Shown here in pieces: positions 50,023 through 62,465 of a stretch of DNA of 64,000 nt. The stretch comes from Eledone cirrhosa. Taxonomy: Eukaryota. The notes beneath the pieces were generated by a model, which did not search any database, was not told the DNA's origin, and was given only the letters and a program-made list of their open reading frames with translations. Every line of letters starts with the position of its first letter. Position 1 is the stretch's first letter. Both the position numbers and the translations under genes were made by a program. The stretch spans positions 88,784,001 through 88,848,000 of the forward strand of contig OZ024747.1 in the NCBI GenBank assembly GCA_964016885.1, given 5' to 3'.

Positions 50023-51316
50023 CAGTAAAAAACCTTAAAAATGAATGATTTTATTTCATAGAACCAGAGCTGTTTTTTGCCAAGTTAGTAACTAAAGGGT
50101 TAAAATGCAATTGGAAAGACCTGTTTATATATAGATAAATACAAACGTTTAACTATGTTAAACACAAATAATAAGGTTAGCTACATTTTGTTTATAGACA
50201 GCCCACTCTTATTTTGTTACAAAGGAAATGAATCATATAAACATTAATTTTTTTATGGAGAATAAGGCTAAATATTTATGGAGGTAGGAAAAGAAGTTGC
50301 ATCATGCTTTTTTAGTCTGTTTCAAGTTCTTCAGAGGTTTAAATGAATTAGATGGAAATTAAAATTGAGATTTTGGCTCTGGTTTCTACAGTACTTGCCA
50401 TAAAGGAGCTCTGTGTAGTTGCTTGACTGATTATAAATAGTAACCAAATCTTCCTCAAACCATTCTCTACTGGATTAAAGAAGGATACCTTGGACAATAT
50501 AGTCACACACAATAACAAAACCACAATCTCAGTTACGCAATAGGACCACAGTCACATATTCTCATACAATAAGACCACGTGTGTGTATGTGTATATACAT
50601 ACATTTATGTGTATGAGTATATAAATATAAATGCGCAAACACGGGCACTCTTTCAAAAATACACACTCACAGACATACATTCATACAAATACACATACAT
50701 TCACACAAACACAAACACACATATACATTTACACAGGCACATACACATACACATACTCACACACAGCGTAGTAAATGGAACACCAGCCGCTTTTTTGCTA
50801 TGTTTTTTCACCTTCTCCTTCCTTCTTTTTACATACACATACATTCACACAAACACATTCACACACACACACACACACACACATTCACACAAACACAAAC
50901 ACATTCACACAAACACATTGTGTGACGGACGGACAGAAGTCGCTCAAATTTTTATACAGAAATAACTCTATATACTGTCTGAATTCACAATTACTATTAA
51001 TATTTTCCAACTGCCATCAGCAACTAACTCCCTAACCACAAAAATATTTTTTTAATAAATTAGAAATAATAAATAAAAAAATCGGACAATAGAAAAACAA
51101 ATGGTGATTAAACACTTGAATGAAAGTGAAAATTGTGAGATATTTAGCCTAAAGCCTGACTTTTAGTTCTTCAGTCATTTTTAATGTAACATGATACCTA
51201 TCTATAAGTGTTGTAAGCAAGTCAAAGAATCCTCTATTGATTTTGATGACTGAAAGCTATCTTTAGTTTCTGGAGATACATTTTGTATGGTGGTTGAGAT
51301 ATCATTATGATAACAT

Positions 51317-51495
51317 GGCAGTATCGGAAGAGAGTCGGACACCATGCTTCGACGCATAGAGTTAAGGCCCTTGCCATTCTGAGTTCAAATCCTGCCGAGG
51401 TTAACTTTGCCTTTCATCCTTACGGGGTCGATAAAATAAAGTACCAGTAATACACTGGGTAATTGCTGGCCTTGTGCCAAAAATAGAAACAATTA
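51317..51495 (+). mobile_element. SINE A, short subfamily (another copy at 52103-52282)
   Basis: A-box, B-box and core; flanking ATTATGwTAACAT duplication. Confidence 0.9.
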
Positions 51496-51507
51496 TGTTA
51501 ACATACA

Positions 51508-51573
<66 letters not shown>

Positions 51574-51673
51574 TGTGTGTGTGAATACAGGTAATATGTA
51601 TGTGTGTGTATATATATATTTATCTATCTGTCTATCTATATAGTTAGTTCCACAACAAATTAGCAAACCATAC

Positions 51674-51761
51674 TCGAGGATGCGTGTTTCAGTGAACAGA
51701 TTCTCAACCCTTGTATGGCTTGTGGTGAGAACAGAAGTATAAATCTTTGAGTACATGGAAG
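51674..51761 (-). CDS. Candidate 88-nt internal exon, product unknown
   Basis: Acceptor ttgaatcttttcgtag| and donor CGA|gtatgg; open frame SMYSKIYTSVLTTSHTRVENLFTETRIL; unique sequence lying between repeats. Confidence 0.4.
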
Positions 51762-52929
51762 CTACGAAAAGATTCAACAAGAGAAACTTCTGTTTTACAG
51801 CTTCCCTTGTTTCCTATTTTCCTTTTCCTTTTTTTAATCCATAATCTGCCTCTCATTGGCCTCCTTCAATATTTCAAATGTTATTTTTGTTATTTTACCC
51901 CAACACCTACCCACCCGTTTCTATTTTTTCATTTTTATTTTAGTTTTTTACTTTTCTTTTCTTTTTTATTACCAACTGTAAGGAGTACTTGATACTTTCC
52001 CCGAGTCTGTCATGGCTTACTAGCTCTATACGGACGTTTAAATTGAATAAATATATATATATATTGTGTGTGTGTATCAAGCAGGATATAGTGTATAGCT
52101 GAAATTGGCAGTATCGGTAGAGGGTCGGTGGCCATGCTTTGCAGCATAGTTACTTCCCTTTGCGATCTGAGGTCGAATCCCACCGAGGTTCACTTTGCCT
52201 TTCATCCTTGCAGGGTCGATAAAATAAAGTACCAGTAATGTACTGGGTAATTGCTGGCCTTGTGCCAAAAGTAGAAACAATTATATATATACATTCATTT
52301 GGCAATATAATTATCTAGATACTTGTATATAAGCCAAAACATTTGTGACAAAAAAAAGAAAAAATTGATGGTAATATATTGGCATATTCAAGGTCAATAT
52401 TTTGTCAATTTTCACCAACTGCAAAATTCTATGTAAATAAGGTGCTAAAATATTTTCACTTTTGAGGTGAATATTACAACGGTTTCAATTTCGACATGAA
52501 AGTCGTGTCTCCTATGGGTTTTTTATAGATATTTTTTGAATGAATATGGCCTTCAAAATGGTTAGAAATCGATAAAATATCATTACTTAATAGAGTTGTG
52601 AGACAAAAAATATATCTATATTCTAAACAACACTTAAAATATTTTAAATATCAAAATATTAAAACTTCATAAATATATTCTTCACTCATAAGAATTTCAA
52701 AACCCCACCATCTAAACATAATGTGTTCATTTCCTACCTTGGCTTATAAACGGGGTTTGGATTGTGGCCTATTTGTCAGACATAAAATAGAGGATTGGCT
52801 TATATTTGGATTGACTTATATTCGAGTGTATATAAGTTTTGCAAGAACACAGCATGTATTAAAAAATGTCAGGTAAATTTAATCTAGATATAACTATATA
52901 ACTACAGTTTTTTAATTACTGCTAAAATA

Positions 52930-53370
52930 ACTGTTTCTACTTTTGGCTCAAAGCCACCAATTTGAAGGGAAGTGGGGAAAGTCGATTAAGTCGACCCTTT
53001 TGTATTACTGGTACTTTATTTTATTGACCCCGTAAGAATATAAAGCAAAGTTAAACTTGGTGGAATTTGAACTCAGAATGTAAAGGGTTTCTAACTGTAT
53101 GCTACAAAGCATGTTGTCCCTATGTTCCACTGATACTGCCGATCGACTGTCCTTTTATTGGTAAAATAGTGATTTCTAGTATAGGCACAAGGCCAGTAAT
53201 TTGGAGGGAGGGCAAAGTCGATTAAATTGACCCCAGTACATTACTGGTGCTTTATTTTATCGACCCTGTAAGGATGAAAGGCAAAGTTAACCTCAGCGGG
53301 ATTTGAACTCGGACCGTAACTACAAAGCATGGTGTCCGATTCTACCGATATTGCCAATCCACTGCCCTAT
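52930..53370 (-). mobile_element. Two tandem SINE A copies, long subfamily
   Basis: Reverse-complement cores at about 53005 and 53240. Confidence 0.88.
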
Positions 53371-53579
53371 TATTTTACCAATAATTATTGGTAAAATAAT
53401 GAAGTGTAATAAACACAGAAAGAAACACAAGAGATTACTTTTATACATTAACTTCAGAAAAGAGATGACAGAGTGTACTGAATATTGTAGAGTTTACTGA
53501 ATATGGTAGAGTTTACTGAATACTGTTAATATTTGATACATTTCTTCTTTACACATGGGTTAGTGAGAAAAAAGATGTT

Positions 53580-53690
53580 GAATGATAGAAGGGGGAATGA
53601 TAGAAGGTGGAGTGATAGAAAGGGGAGTGATAGAAGGGGGAGTGATAGAAGGGGGAGTGATAGAAGATGGAGTGATAGAAGGGGATGAGA
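53580..53690. repeat. 15-bp purine-rich tandem repeat
   Basis: TGATAGAAGGGGGAG, about 7 copies. Confidence 0.9.
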
Positions 53691-53746
53691 ATGGATGGCT
53701 TAAATACAGACAAATCAAATGTTAATCCTCATTATACAGCTACCAT

Positions 53747-54405
53747 GGTAGAATGTATAGGAGTGTGATAAGGTAGAATGGATAGGAGTGTGATAAGGTA
53801 GAATGGATAGGAGTGTGATAAGGTAGAATGGATAGGAGTGTGATAAGGTAGAATGGATAGGAGTGTGATAAGGTAGAATGGATAGGAGTGTGATAAGGTA
53901 GAATGGATAGGAGTGTGATAAGGTAGAATGTATAGGAGTGTGATAAGGTAGAATGGATAGGAGTGTGATAAGGTAGAATGGATAGGAGTGTGATAAGGTA
54001 GAATGGATAGGAGTGTGATAAGGTAGAATGGATAGGAGTGTGATAAGGTAGAATGGATAGGAGTGTGATAAGGTAGAATGGATAGGAGTGTGATAAGGTA
54101 GAATGGATAGGAGTGTGATAAGGTAGAATGGATAGGAGTGTGATAAGGTAGAATGGATAGGAGTGTGATAAGGTAGAATGGATAGGAGTGTGATAAGGTA
54201 GAATGGATAGGAGTGTGATAAGGTAGAATGGATAGGAGTGTGATAAGGTAGAATGTATAGGAGTGTGATAAGGTAGAATGGATAGGAGTGTGATAAGGTA
54301 GAATGGATAGGAGTGTGATAAGGTAGAATGGATAGGAGTGTGATAAGGTAGAATGGATAGGAGTAGGCATGGTAGAATGGATAGGAGTGAGATAAGGTAG
54401 AATGG
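53747..54405. repeat. Highly homogeneous 25-bp minisatellite, about 26 units
   Basis: AGGTAGAATGGATAGGAGTGTGATA; three units carry the same G>T variant (AATGTATAG). Confidence 0.98.
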
Positions 54406-55146
54406 AAAAGAGCAGTTAAGTGTTAGATCAATGAATTGTCAGAATTGTTTTAGCGTCAGACAAGATGGTTTGCAATATTTCTTCTGGCTCTGTATTCTGT
54501 GTTCAAACCAGGCAGTAGCCTACTTGAGTAGTAAATTTAATCTAGCGCTGGTTTGAAAACACAATCTGACTCTTGGGCGTCTTAAACACTGCTAACTCTG
54601 GTTCAAGTGTTTAGATTAGGTTTCCAATTTGTGGACCCTTTCCTCACTTCTTCACCTTAGTCTCAGAAGGTTTGAAAGGGATCATGGTTTCTGACTTTCT
54701 CTCCCTGACAAAACAGTAAAAATATAAAATCAGTCCTGGCTCATTTGAATACAGGAATGGCTGGAATGCCATTGATCATAAGTCTTCTTAATCAGAGCTG
54801 ACCGGAATTGAAACAACAACACATTTTACTTAAATAAAACCATAGTTGGAGAAATCTGTGAGGAGAAAATATCATTCTGTTGGTTTTCGTTTTGATTTAA
54901 TGGAATGGAAAATAGTTGCATTTGGATTCTCCCCCAAGGAAATTGTCTTCTGCTTCTCAATATGACTGCATTGTATTAATTTTAGATGCATGCTTTGAAT
55001 TGAAAACAGAGAATATAGCTTAAAGCTTTGAAGATTCACTCTCAGATACAATGGCATTATCCTATGTATACCAACATCATCATCATTTAATGTTGGTTTC
55101 CCTGATACCATTATATATGTATGTATATACACATATATGTAATACC

Positions 55147-55188
<42 letters not shown>

Positions 55189-55269
55189 CACATATATGTA
55201 AATAAATATACTTGTACTCTGCCATTAACAAAACAATTGAAATTCTTTCTTCACTTCACATGTATAATA

Positions 55270-55465
55270 ATGGTTTCTTATATAGGCACAAGACCAACAA
55301 TTTGGGGGAAGGGAAAAGTCGATTAAATCGACCCCAGTGAGTTATTGGTACTTTATTTTATCGACCCCTTAAGGACAAAAGGCAAAGCTAACCTCGGCGG
55401 TATTTGAACTCAGAGCGTAAAGGTCCGTAACTCTATGCTGCAAAGCATGGTGTCTGATGCACTAC
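55270..55465 (-). mobile_element. SINE A, long subfamily
   Basis: Reverse-complement core and hairpin. Confidence 0.88.
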
Positions 55466-55819
55466 AAGTATAATAATGAAAATGATATCATTACTTACTC
55501 TTTTACTCTTTTACCTGTTTCAGCCATCCGGCTGAGGCCATGCTGGGGCACCGCCCTTGTTTACACATAAAACTTTATATAATTGGTAAATATGTTTGAC
55601 CAATGAAATTTCAATATAGATGACTTATGTCATATTTGCATCAAAAATAAACTAGGGAGGGACTTTGCACTCACCCTGTATACATGTATTTTTGAAATGT
55701 GCATGTCCCAATGCAAATGACTATAATAATAGTCAATCGATATAAACATTAGTTGAGGAAAAGCAAGTAAAGCACTCCTGGTGCTGGAAGTCAACTGTGT
55801 TATAAACATTTAAATAAAT

Positions 55820-55935
55820 GGGGTGGCCAGCGCGAGGGCCCCCATTTGCTCATAATAGTGAGAGATGGGAAGAACGGGAGAGATAGAAGCAGTGACAGTG
55901 GGAGTTTGGTTCCTTTGTATTCGAACCTGGTGTTT
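55820..55935 (+). mobile_element. 3' UTR fragment of the CRE-like family
   Basis: CCCCCATTTGCTCATAATAGTGAGAGATGGG is the reverse complement of about 9047-9077. Confidence 0.7.
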
Positions 55936-56022
55936 CATCATCATCATCATCATAATTGTTTAACGTCCATCTTCCACGCTAACATGGGTTAGACAGGTTT
56001 GTCCCATTTATATATATATATA

Positions 56023-56054
<32 letters not shown>

Positions 56055-56146
56055 CATTATATTCCGCGTCTGTAATATACTTGTTATTTTACATTGAACT
56101 ATTCTCATACTTGTAGTTGGTTAATATTTAATACTACCCCCGCGCC

Positions 56147-56219
<73 letters not shown>

Positions 56220-56334
56220 TGAAAAGTATATGTATATATTTCACAGACTAAGATGACGCACTAAAAATGAAACACAAAAAGAAATTATTGAAAGTTTTAA
56301 ACATAGACAATAAATTAGTTGAACTGAAATAAAG

Positions 56335-56481
56335 TCACAGGAAAACACATTTCCCCTTTAGATAAAGTCTTTTGAATGAGTCTAATATATGTGTTGTAAT
56401 TTCATTCTCCCCTTCCTTCACCAATGTGGGAGGTTCTGTATAAAAGGACATGGATATTGCCCATCCTTCTCTGACTAAGGG
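56335..56481 (-). CDS. Duplicate copy of the CaaX-encoding terminal exon (alternative last exon or relic)
   Basis: Acceptor ttttctttcttttcttttctttctcag|; encodes PLVREGWAISMSFYTEPPTLVKEGENEITTHILDSFKRLYLKGKCVFL*; 137/147 nt identical to 59884-60030. Confidence 0.45.
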   Translation of the reverse strand, partial: PLVREGWAISMSFYTEPPTLVKEGENEITTHILDSFKRLYLKGKCVFL

Positions 56482-56699
56482 CTGAGAAAGAAAAGAAAAG
56501 AAAGAAAATGGGAGCAATGTTTTGGGGGTCTTTTTCCCCACCATATGATTGAATAGTTTTGAAAATTCAAATGCTTGCAAAATTCTGAACATTAGTTTTA
56601 AAGTTCTAAACTTTGTTTAGGCTCATCAAATATCTAGTGATGTGAAAGGACTATTAAATAATGTGGCAGCAGTACCCACAGCGTGTTGGCTGGAACATG

Positions 56700-57560
56700 T
56701 AATAGAGTAATAGCTACATTTTGGTGTAAAGTGTGTATAGGAAAAGTAACAGATAGAGAGGATGATAAGCTGGATCTTGGGAATGGTGTTAAGATGGAAG
56801 GTGTAAAAACTATTTGTCACCTAGGGGACATATTAAATGAGAAGGTGGATCAGACTTAGCAATATTAGCTAAAATGAGATGTGCATGGAAGAAGTTCTGG
56901 GAACTGAATGGTGTGTTAATAATAATGGCACAAGACCAAATATTTGGGGGAGAGGAAAGTCGTTCAAATCAATCCCATTGCATTACTGGTACTATATTTT
57001 ATCAACCCTGTAAGGATGAAAATCAAAGCTAACCTAAGAGCTGAACTCAGAACGTAAAGGGAAGTAACTCTGTGCTGCGATGTATGGTGTCCAATGCTCT
57101 ACCAATACTGCCAATCCACCACCCTTGTGTGCTAATAATTATAAGAAAGGGAGTGCTGATGAACCTGAAAGGAAAGATGTTTGCTGTATGTTTAAGAAGT
57201 ACCATGATTTATTAGAACAAAACATGGGTAATGAAGCGTGGAGCAGCAGAAAATGCTGAAAAGAATAGAAATAAATGGTCCAGTGGGTGAGTAGTATATC
57301 ATTGAGAGAGGGGAAGATAAACAATGAATTGCAGACGATGATGGGAATAGAACCAGTGATGAATGTTGGGAAGAAGAATAGAATGAGATGGCTGGGTCAT
57401 GTGTTGAGGAAGGATGTAAGTGACTAGGTTAGAGGAGAGATGGGAATGAACATGGAAGGATGTAGGAAGAGGGGGATGTAGAAGGAGGAGGAAATGAAAG
57501 GGGATACAGAGGATGATGAAAAATGAAGAAGCTTGTCATGAGGCCAGTAAGGTTATCCCC
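56700..57560 (+). mobile_element. Old RTE LINE fragment interrupted by a SINE A (56925-57125, minus strand)
   Basis: VKTICHLGDIL...KMRCAWKKFWELNGVL [SINE] KGVLMNLKGKMF...KNRMRWLGHVLRKD. Confidence 0.85.
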
Positions 57561-57586
57561 TGCTTCAGCAGGAAAAATGGCTTTAA

Positions 57587-57827
57587 CCCTTTTGATACCA
57601 ACCTACCCCCAACTGCCTCTGGTTCTATGAAAGAAAACTACCCAATTTACCAATTTAAAGGGTTTATATTTGAATTAAAACCTTCCAACACAATTTGACA
57701 TTTGTTAAGTTATGTTGTAAATACCATCTTAATAATGGTAACATTAATTACCTCAGTAAAGTCCTCAAAATCCTTCTATAAATAATTCAATTCAATGTAC
57801 TTCTTAAGAAATATAAGGATGAAAGGG
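57587..57827. mobile_element. piggyBac-type MITE, second family (relatives near 37050-37280, 43770-43980 and 44540-44775)
   Basis: TTAA-CCCTTTTGATACC...GATGAAAGGG-TTAA. Confidence 0.75.
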
Positions 57828-59029
57828 TTAAAACGTTTGTTGCAGTAAAAGTACATTTTAATGAAAACTTTATGAGCATTGTTACTCCTACGTTTATTTG
57901 CATCCGTCCACCCAATATTACATTAAAAACAAGATTTTTTCAAGATTCCGAGGGTTTCTATATAAAATACCTTTAGCCTGTTAACAAACCTTAATGTTGC
58001 TGTTATTTTAAAGGAACTCACTCTAACGATTCTAAAGAGTTACATCACCATCATGTTAATTTTCATTTAATTCAGTCTCTACGTTTTTATTTTATTCTTT
58101 ATTTATTCAAGCTTTAATAAAACTCAATAAAAAAAAAATGTCTGCTGCTGTAAATAACATGCAAGGATCAAATTAGCTAATTGAATAGCTCTTGCCAATC
58201 AAAATCTCTTTTCCATGCAGTTTATCCTGCAGTAATTCCCTAGACTATGTTAATATTGAAGTTAATTATTAAATTATGAATTAGGATCGGTTGCCTGATG
58301 TAAAGTATTTCACTAATTAATAAGTAGAAAGTTCTGCTGATTACAGACTGTTTGGCTAACTAAAGGAGTTTAAAAGATTTCCAAGTTGAAAATCTTGAAT
58401 ACAATATCATGGATTTAAAAAAATAGCAAAAAAAAAAAATCTTTTAAGTGATAACGAAGATAGAAGGAAAATGTTGTAAAACAAAAGAAATAAAAAATAA
58501 TAATGAAAAAAGATGAAAATAAAACAAAACAATCAGTCATAAAGAACAATAAAAGTCTTGTTAAGGCAGAAAAAGAAGAGAAAGAAGTTTATTATGTTGG
58601 ACAATTGTTGCAGATTAAGATATTTGAATGATTTATTGAAATTGATGATATAGTACTAGATAGGAAAGTGGTCGTTAAATGATGATGATGATGATGGTGG
58701 TGACGATGATAATGATAATAATAATGATGATGATGATGGTAATGATGATGATGATGGTGATGGCAATGGTAATGATGATGATGACAACGATAAAGATGAT
58801 GTAGATGAGGATGGGAATGCAATTTAGTATGTGTCGGGATGAGCTTCCAGTAAGCCAACACTGTAAATTTGATCCTTTGCTGAATCCAATGCTCTTGATT
58901 CACAGTTACAATGTATTTAGAGAGAAATATATTCTCTCAAGCTAGCTTGAATTGGTCATTCTATATAAAGATCAAAATTGGTTATGAAAGTTTGCAGCAT
59001 GTTATTTCTGGAAAGCAATTGTATCAGTG

Positions 59030-59620
59030 CCATGAAAGCTGTATATAGCTATGGTATGTCCACACTTAGAATTTGCATCATCAGTCTGGAACCCTTATCT
59101 TACTCAGAATATTGATCTCCTGGAAATATGTTGTGAGCCAATGTGGAGGACAAGCTTCTGTGTAGTCACTTGATTGATTGAAAATTGGTACCAAATCTTT
59201 TAAAAATCACTATAACATCTTTAAAGTAGGACACATTGGATAATGTAATCTTACATATATTGATGTATAAAAACTAAACATTATTGGTAGATACCCACAA
59301 AATTATTAACCATCTTTCCAACAACAACCCTGGGTACATTTTTGAATTCTATGTGTCTAACACCTGCAGACATGATTACAAAATCAGAAAACAAAACAGC
59401 TCCCATGACTTTCGGAAACATTTTTTCATGCTCAGAGTTGCTGAAGCATGGAACAAACTATCTGCATTAGTTGTTAGCTGTCAGGATACAGCATCCTTCA
59501 AAACTTCCATGCTTCCTGAAATTCACCAACACTACACCTGATATTCCCCCTCCATACACATGCATGCATGTAACTGTGTGTATACCATGTACATTATTCT
59601 ATATGCTATACATGCACCTT
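59030..59620 (+). mobile_element. CR1-clade LINE 3' fragment
   Basis: KLYIAMVCPHLEFASSVWNPYLTQNIDLLE, then DFRKHFFMLRVAEAWNKLSALVVSCQDTASFK. Confidence 0.88.
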
Positions 59621-59883
59621 TGATAGTAAGAGTAGTATTGGTATTGGTGTTTTATGGAGATGGTGGCTGCATATTTGTAATGTGCATGTCCCAATGCAAA
59701 TGACCACAATAATAGTCAGCCAATATAAACAGAGGTTGAGGAAAATCAAGTAACATACTCCTAGTGATGGAAGTTCACTGTGTTACAAAAAACATTTAGA
59801 TAGTCTTCATCTAAGATGAAGCACAAAAAGAAATTACTGAAAGTTTTAAACATCGACAATAAATTAGGTGAATGGAAATAAAG

Positions 59884-60030
59884 TCACAGGAAAACACATT
59901 TCCCCTTTAGATAAAGTCTTTGGAATGAGTGTAACATATGAGTTGTAATTTCATCCTCCCTTTCCTTCCCCAATGTGGGAGGTTCTGTATAAAAGGATAT
60001 GGACATTACCCATCCTTCTCTGACTAAGGG
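59884..60030 (-). CDS. Probable terminal coding exon ending in a CaaX prenylation box (CVFL)
   Basis: Acceptor cttctttgtttttttctcag|; phase-0 frame PLVREGWVMSISFYTEPPTLGKEREDEITTHMLHSFQRLYLKGKCVFL*; joins exon 60342-60398 in frame across a 311-nt GT-AG intron. Confidence 0.55.
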   Translation of the reverse strand, partial: PLVREGWVMSISFYTEPPTLGKEREDEITTHMLHSFQRLYLKGKCVFL

Positions 60031-60341
60031 CTGAGAAAAAAACAAAGAAGTGGCAACAATGTTTGGTTTTTCTTTCTCACCATAGCATGGATTGAATAGT
60101 TTTGAAAATTTAAATACTTGCAAGAATTTTGAACATAATTTTAATAGCTCTTTACTTTGTTTCTATTGAACTCTAATCAAATGAACTGTTAGAAAAAAAG
60201 AAAGAAAATGTTTTACCTAATTTTGAAACTAATGTACATGTCTGTGTTTGAAAGCCTCATTACAGTTTTAAGACAGACAATTGACTGGTTACTAGGGAAC
60301 ATAACAAAGGGGAGTCTCTATGTGGTCATACAATCACTCAC

Positions 60342-60398
60342 TCCATAATTTTTATCTATCTGTTTGGCTTCTCTGGTGTAGAGAACCTCATGTTGGTA
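60342..60398 (-). CDS. Probable penultimate 57-nt coding exon
   Basis: Branch ACTAAC, pyrimidine tract, TAGTAG| acceptor and GGA|gtgagt donor; only one frame is open (YQHEVLYTREAKQIDKNYG), phase 0-0. Confidence 0.55.
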
Positions 60399-60487
60399 CT
60401 ACTAGAAGTAAAGCATAGAAGTTAGTAATGAAATGTTTGAGAGAAAGCCAAAGGTCATCGACCTTAGATGTCCTATATTACACTTAC

Positions 60488-60865
60488 GCCATCGTCATCA
60501 TCATCATCATCATCACTACTGCTGCCACCACCACCACCACCATCATCATCACTACTGCTTCTACCACCACCGCTGCCACCATCATCACTACTGCCACCCC
60601 CATCACCCCACCCCACCCCATCGCCACCACCATCATCATTATCACTACTGCTGCCGCCACCACCATCATCATCATTATTGCCTCCACCACCACCACCACC
60701 ACCATCATCATCATCATTGCCGTTTAACATCCATTTTCTAGCTAGCATAAGTTAGACAAGTTGTCTAACAGATCGGTTGACTGTGTTCTTGCTCATACAG
60801 AACTGTTTCTCGCTTGGTTTCTTTCACTAGATGCCCTTCCTAACGCCACTTATATTTACAACACC
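60488..60865. repeat. Expanded (CAT/CAC)n tail of a minus-strand RTE-type 3' UTR copy (60720-60865)
   Basis: The trinucleotide tract runs directly into CGTTTAACATCCATTTTCTAGCTAGCAT, the RTE tail motif. Confidence 0.85.
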
Positions 60866-61039
60866 ATCTTCTAATATTTCATTATATAACAGATGATTAA
60901 TTAGAGGGCGTAGCAATGTGTTGAAGTGAAGAAATATCATGTCAGCTTTTCTTTCCACTCTTCTCTTTTATGATTAGAAAGATGATATTGATTATTATTG
61001 CTATCATTACTACTACCACTGCAGTCACTATCTCCATAA

Positions 61040-62465
61040 AACACTAATACCACCACTACTGTTACTAATACTACCATCACCACCACTACTAATGTTACTT
61101 GTACTACCATTACCACTGCCGCTACTATTACTAATACTACCATTACCACCACTACTAATGTTACTAATATTACCATTACCTCCACTACTACTGTTACTAA
61201 TGCTACTATCGCCACCACTACTAAGTGCTACTAATACGACTGTTACTTGTACTACCATCACCACCACTTCTACTGTTACTAATACTACCATCACCACCAC
61301 TTCTACTGTTACTAATACTACCATTACCACCACTTCTACTGTTACTAATACTACCATCACCACCACTTCTACTGTTACTAATATTACCATTACCTCCACT
61401 ACTACTGTTACTAATGCTACTATCGCCACCACTACTAAGTGCTACTAATACGACTGTTACTTGTACTACCATCACCACCACTTCTACTGTTACTAATACT
61501 ACCATTACCACCACTTCTACTGTTACTAATACTACCATTACCACCACTTCTACTGTTACTAATACTACCATTACCACCACTTCTACTGTTACTTGTACTA
61601 CCATCACCACCACTTCTACTGTTACTAATACTACCATTACCACCACTTCTACTGTTACTAATACTACCATCACCACCACTACAACTACTGTTACTAATAC
61701 TACCATTACCACCACTTCTACTGTTACTAATACTACCATTACCACCACTTCTACTGTTACTAATACTACCATCACCACCACTACAACTACTGTTACTAAT
61801 ACTACCATTACCACCACTTCTACTGTTACTAATACTACCATCACCACCACTACAACTACTGTTACTAATACTACCATGACCACCACTACAACTACTGTTA
61901 CTAATACTACCATTACCACCACTTCTACTGTTACTTGTACTACCATCACCACCACTTCTACTGTTACTAATACTACCATTACCACCACTTCTACTGTTAC
62001 TAATACTACCATTACCACCACTTCTACTGTTACTTGTACTACCATCACCACCACTTCTACTGTTACTAATACTACCATCACCACCACTTCTACTGTTACT
62101 AATACTACCATTACCACCACTTCTACTGTTACTAATACTACCATCACCACCACTTCTACTGTTACTAATACTACCATTACCACCACTTCTACTGTTACTA
62201 ATACTACCATTACCACCACTTCTACTGTTACTAATACTACCATTACCACCACTTCTACTGTTACTAATACTACCATCACCACCACTACAACTACTGTTAC
62301 TAATACTACCATTACCACCACTTCTACTGTTACTAATACTACCATGACCACCACTACAACTACTGTTACTAATACTACCATTACCACCACTACACACTAC
62401 AGCTACTGTTACTAATACTACCATCACCACCGCTACAACTACTGCTACTACCACTATTACTAACA
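61040..62465. repeat. 33/36-bp minisatellite built from ACT/ACC triplets
   Basis: Unit ACTACCATTACCACCACTTCTACTGTTACTAAT; a ~216-bp block is duplicated around 61225 and 61440. Confidence 0.97.

Noticed and set aside
53732-54370. 212-aa repetitive ORF
   Set aside because: A 25-bp unit that lacks stops and cycles through all three frames; no coding signal.
56439-56447. TATA box TATAAAAGG in both duplicated segments
   Set aside because: Explained as the antisense of the S-F-Y codons in the minus-strand exon; no other promoter evidence.
60428-60755. His-rich, Pro-rich or Gly-rich proteins
   Set aside because: An expanded CAT/CAC retroposon tail that is open in all frames.
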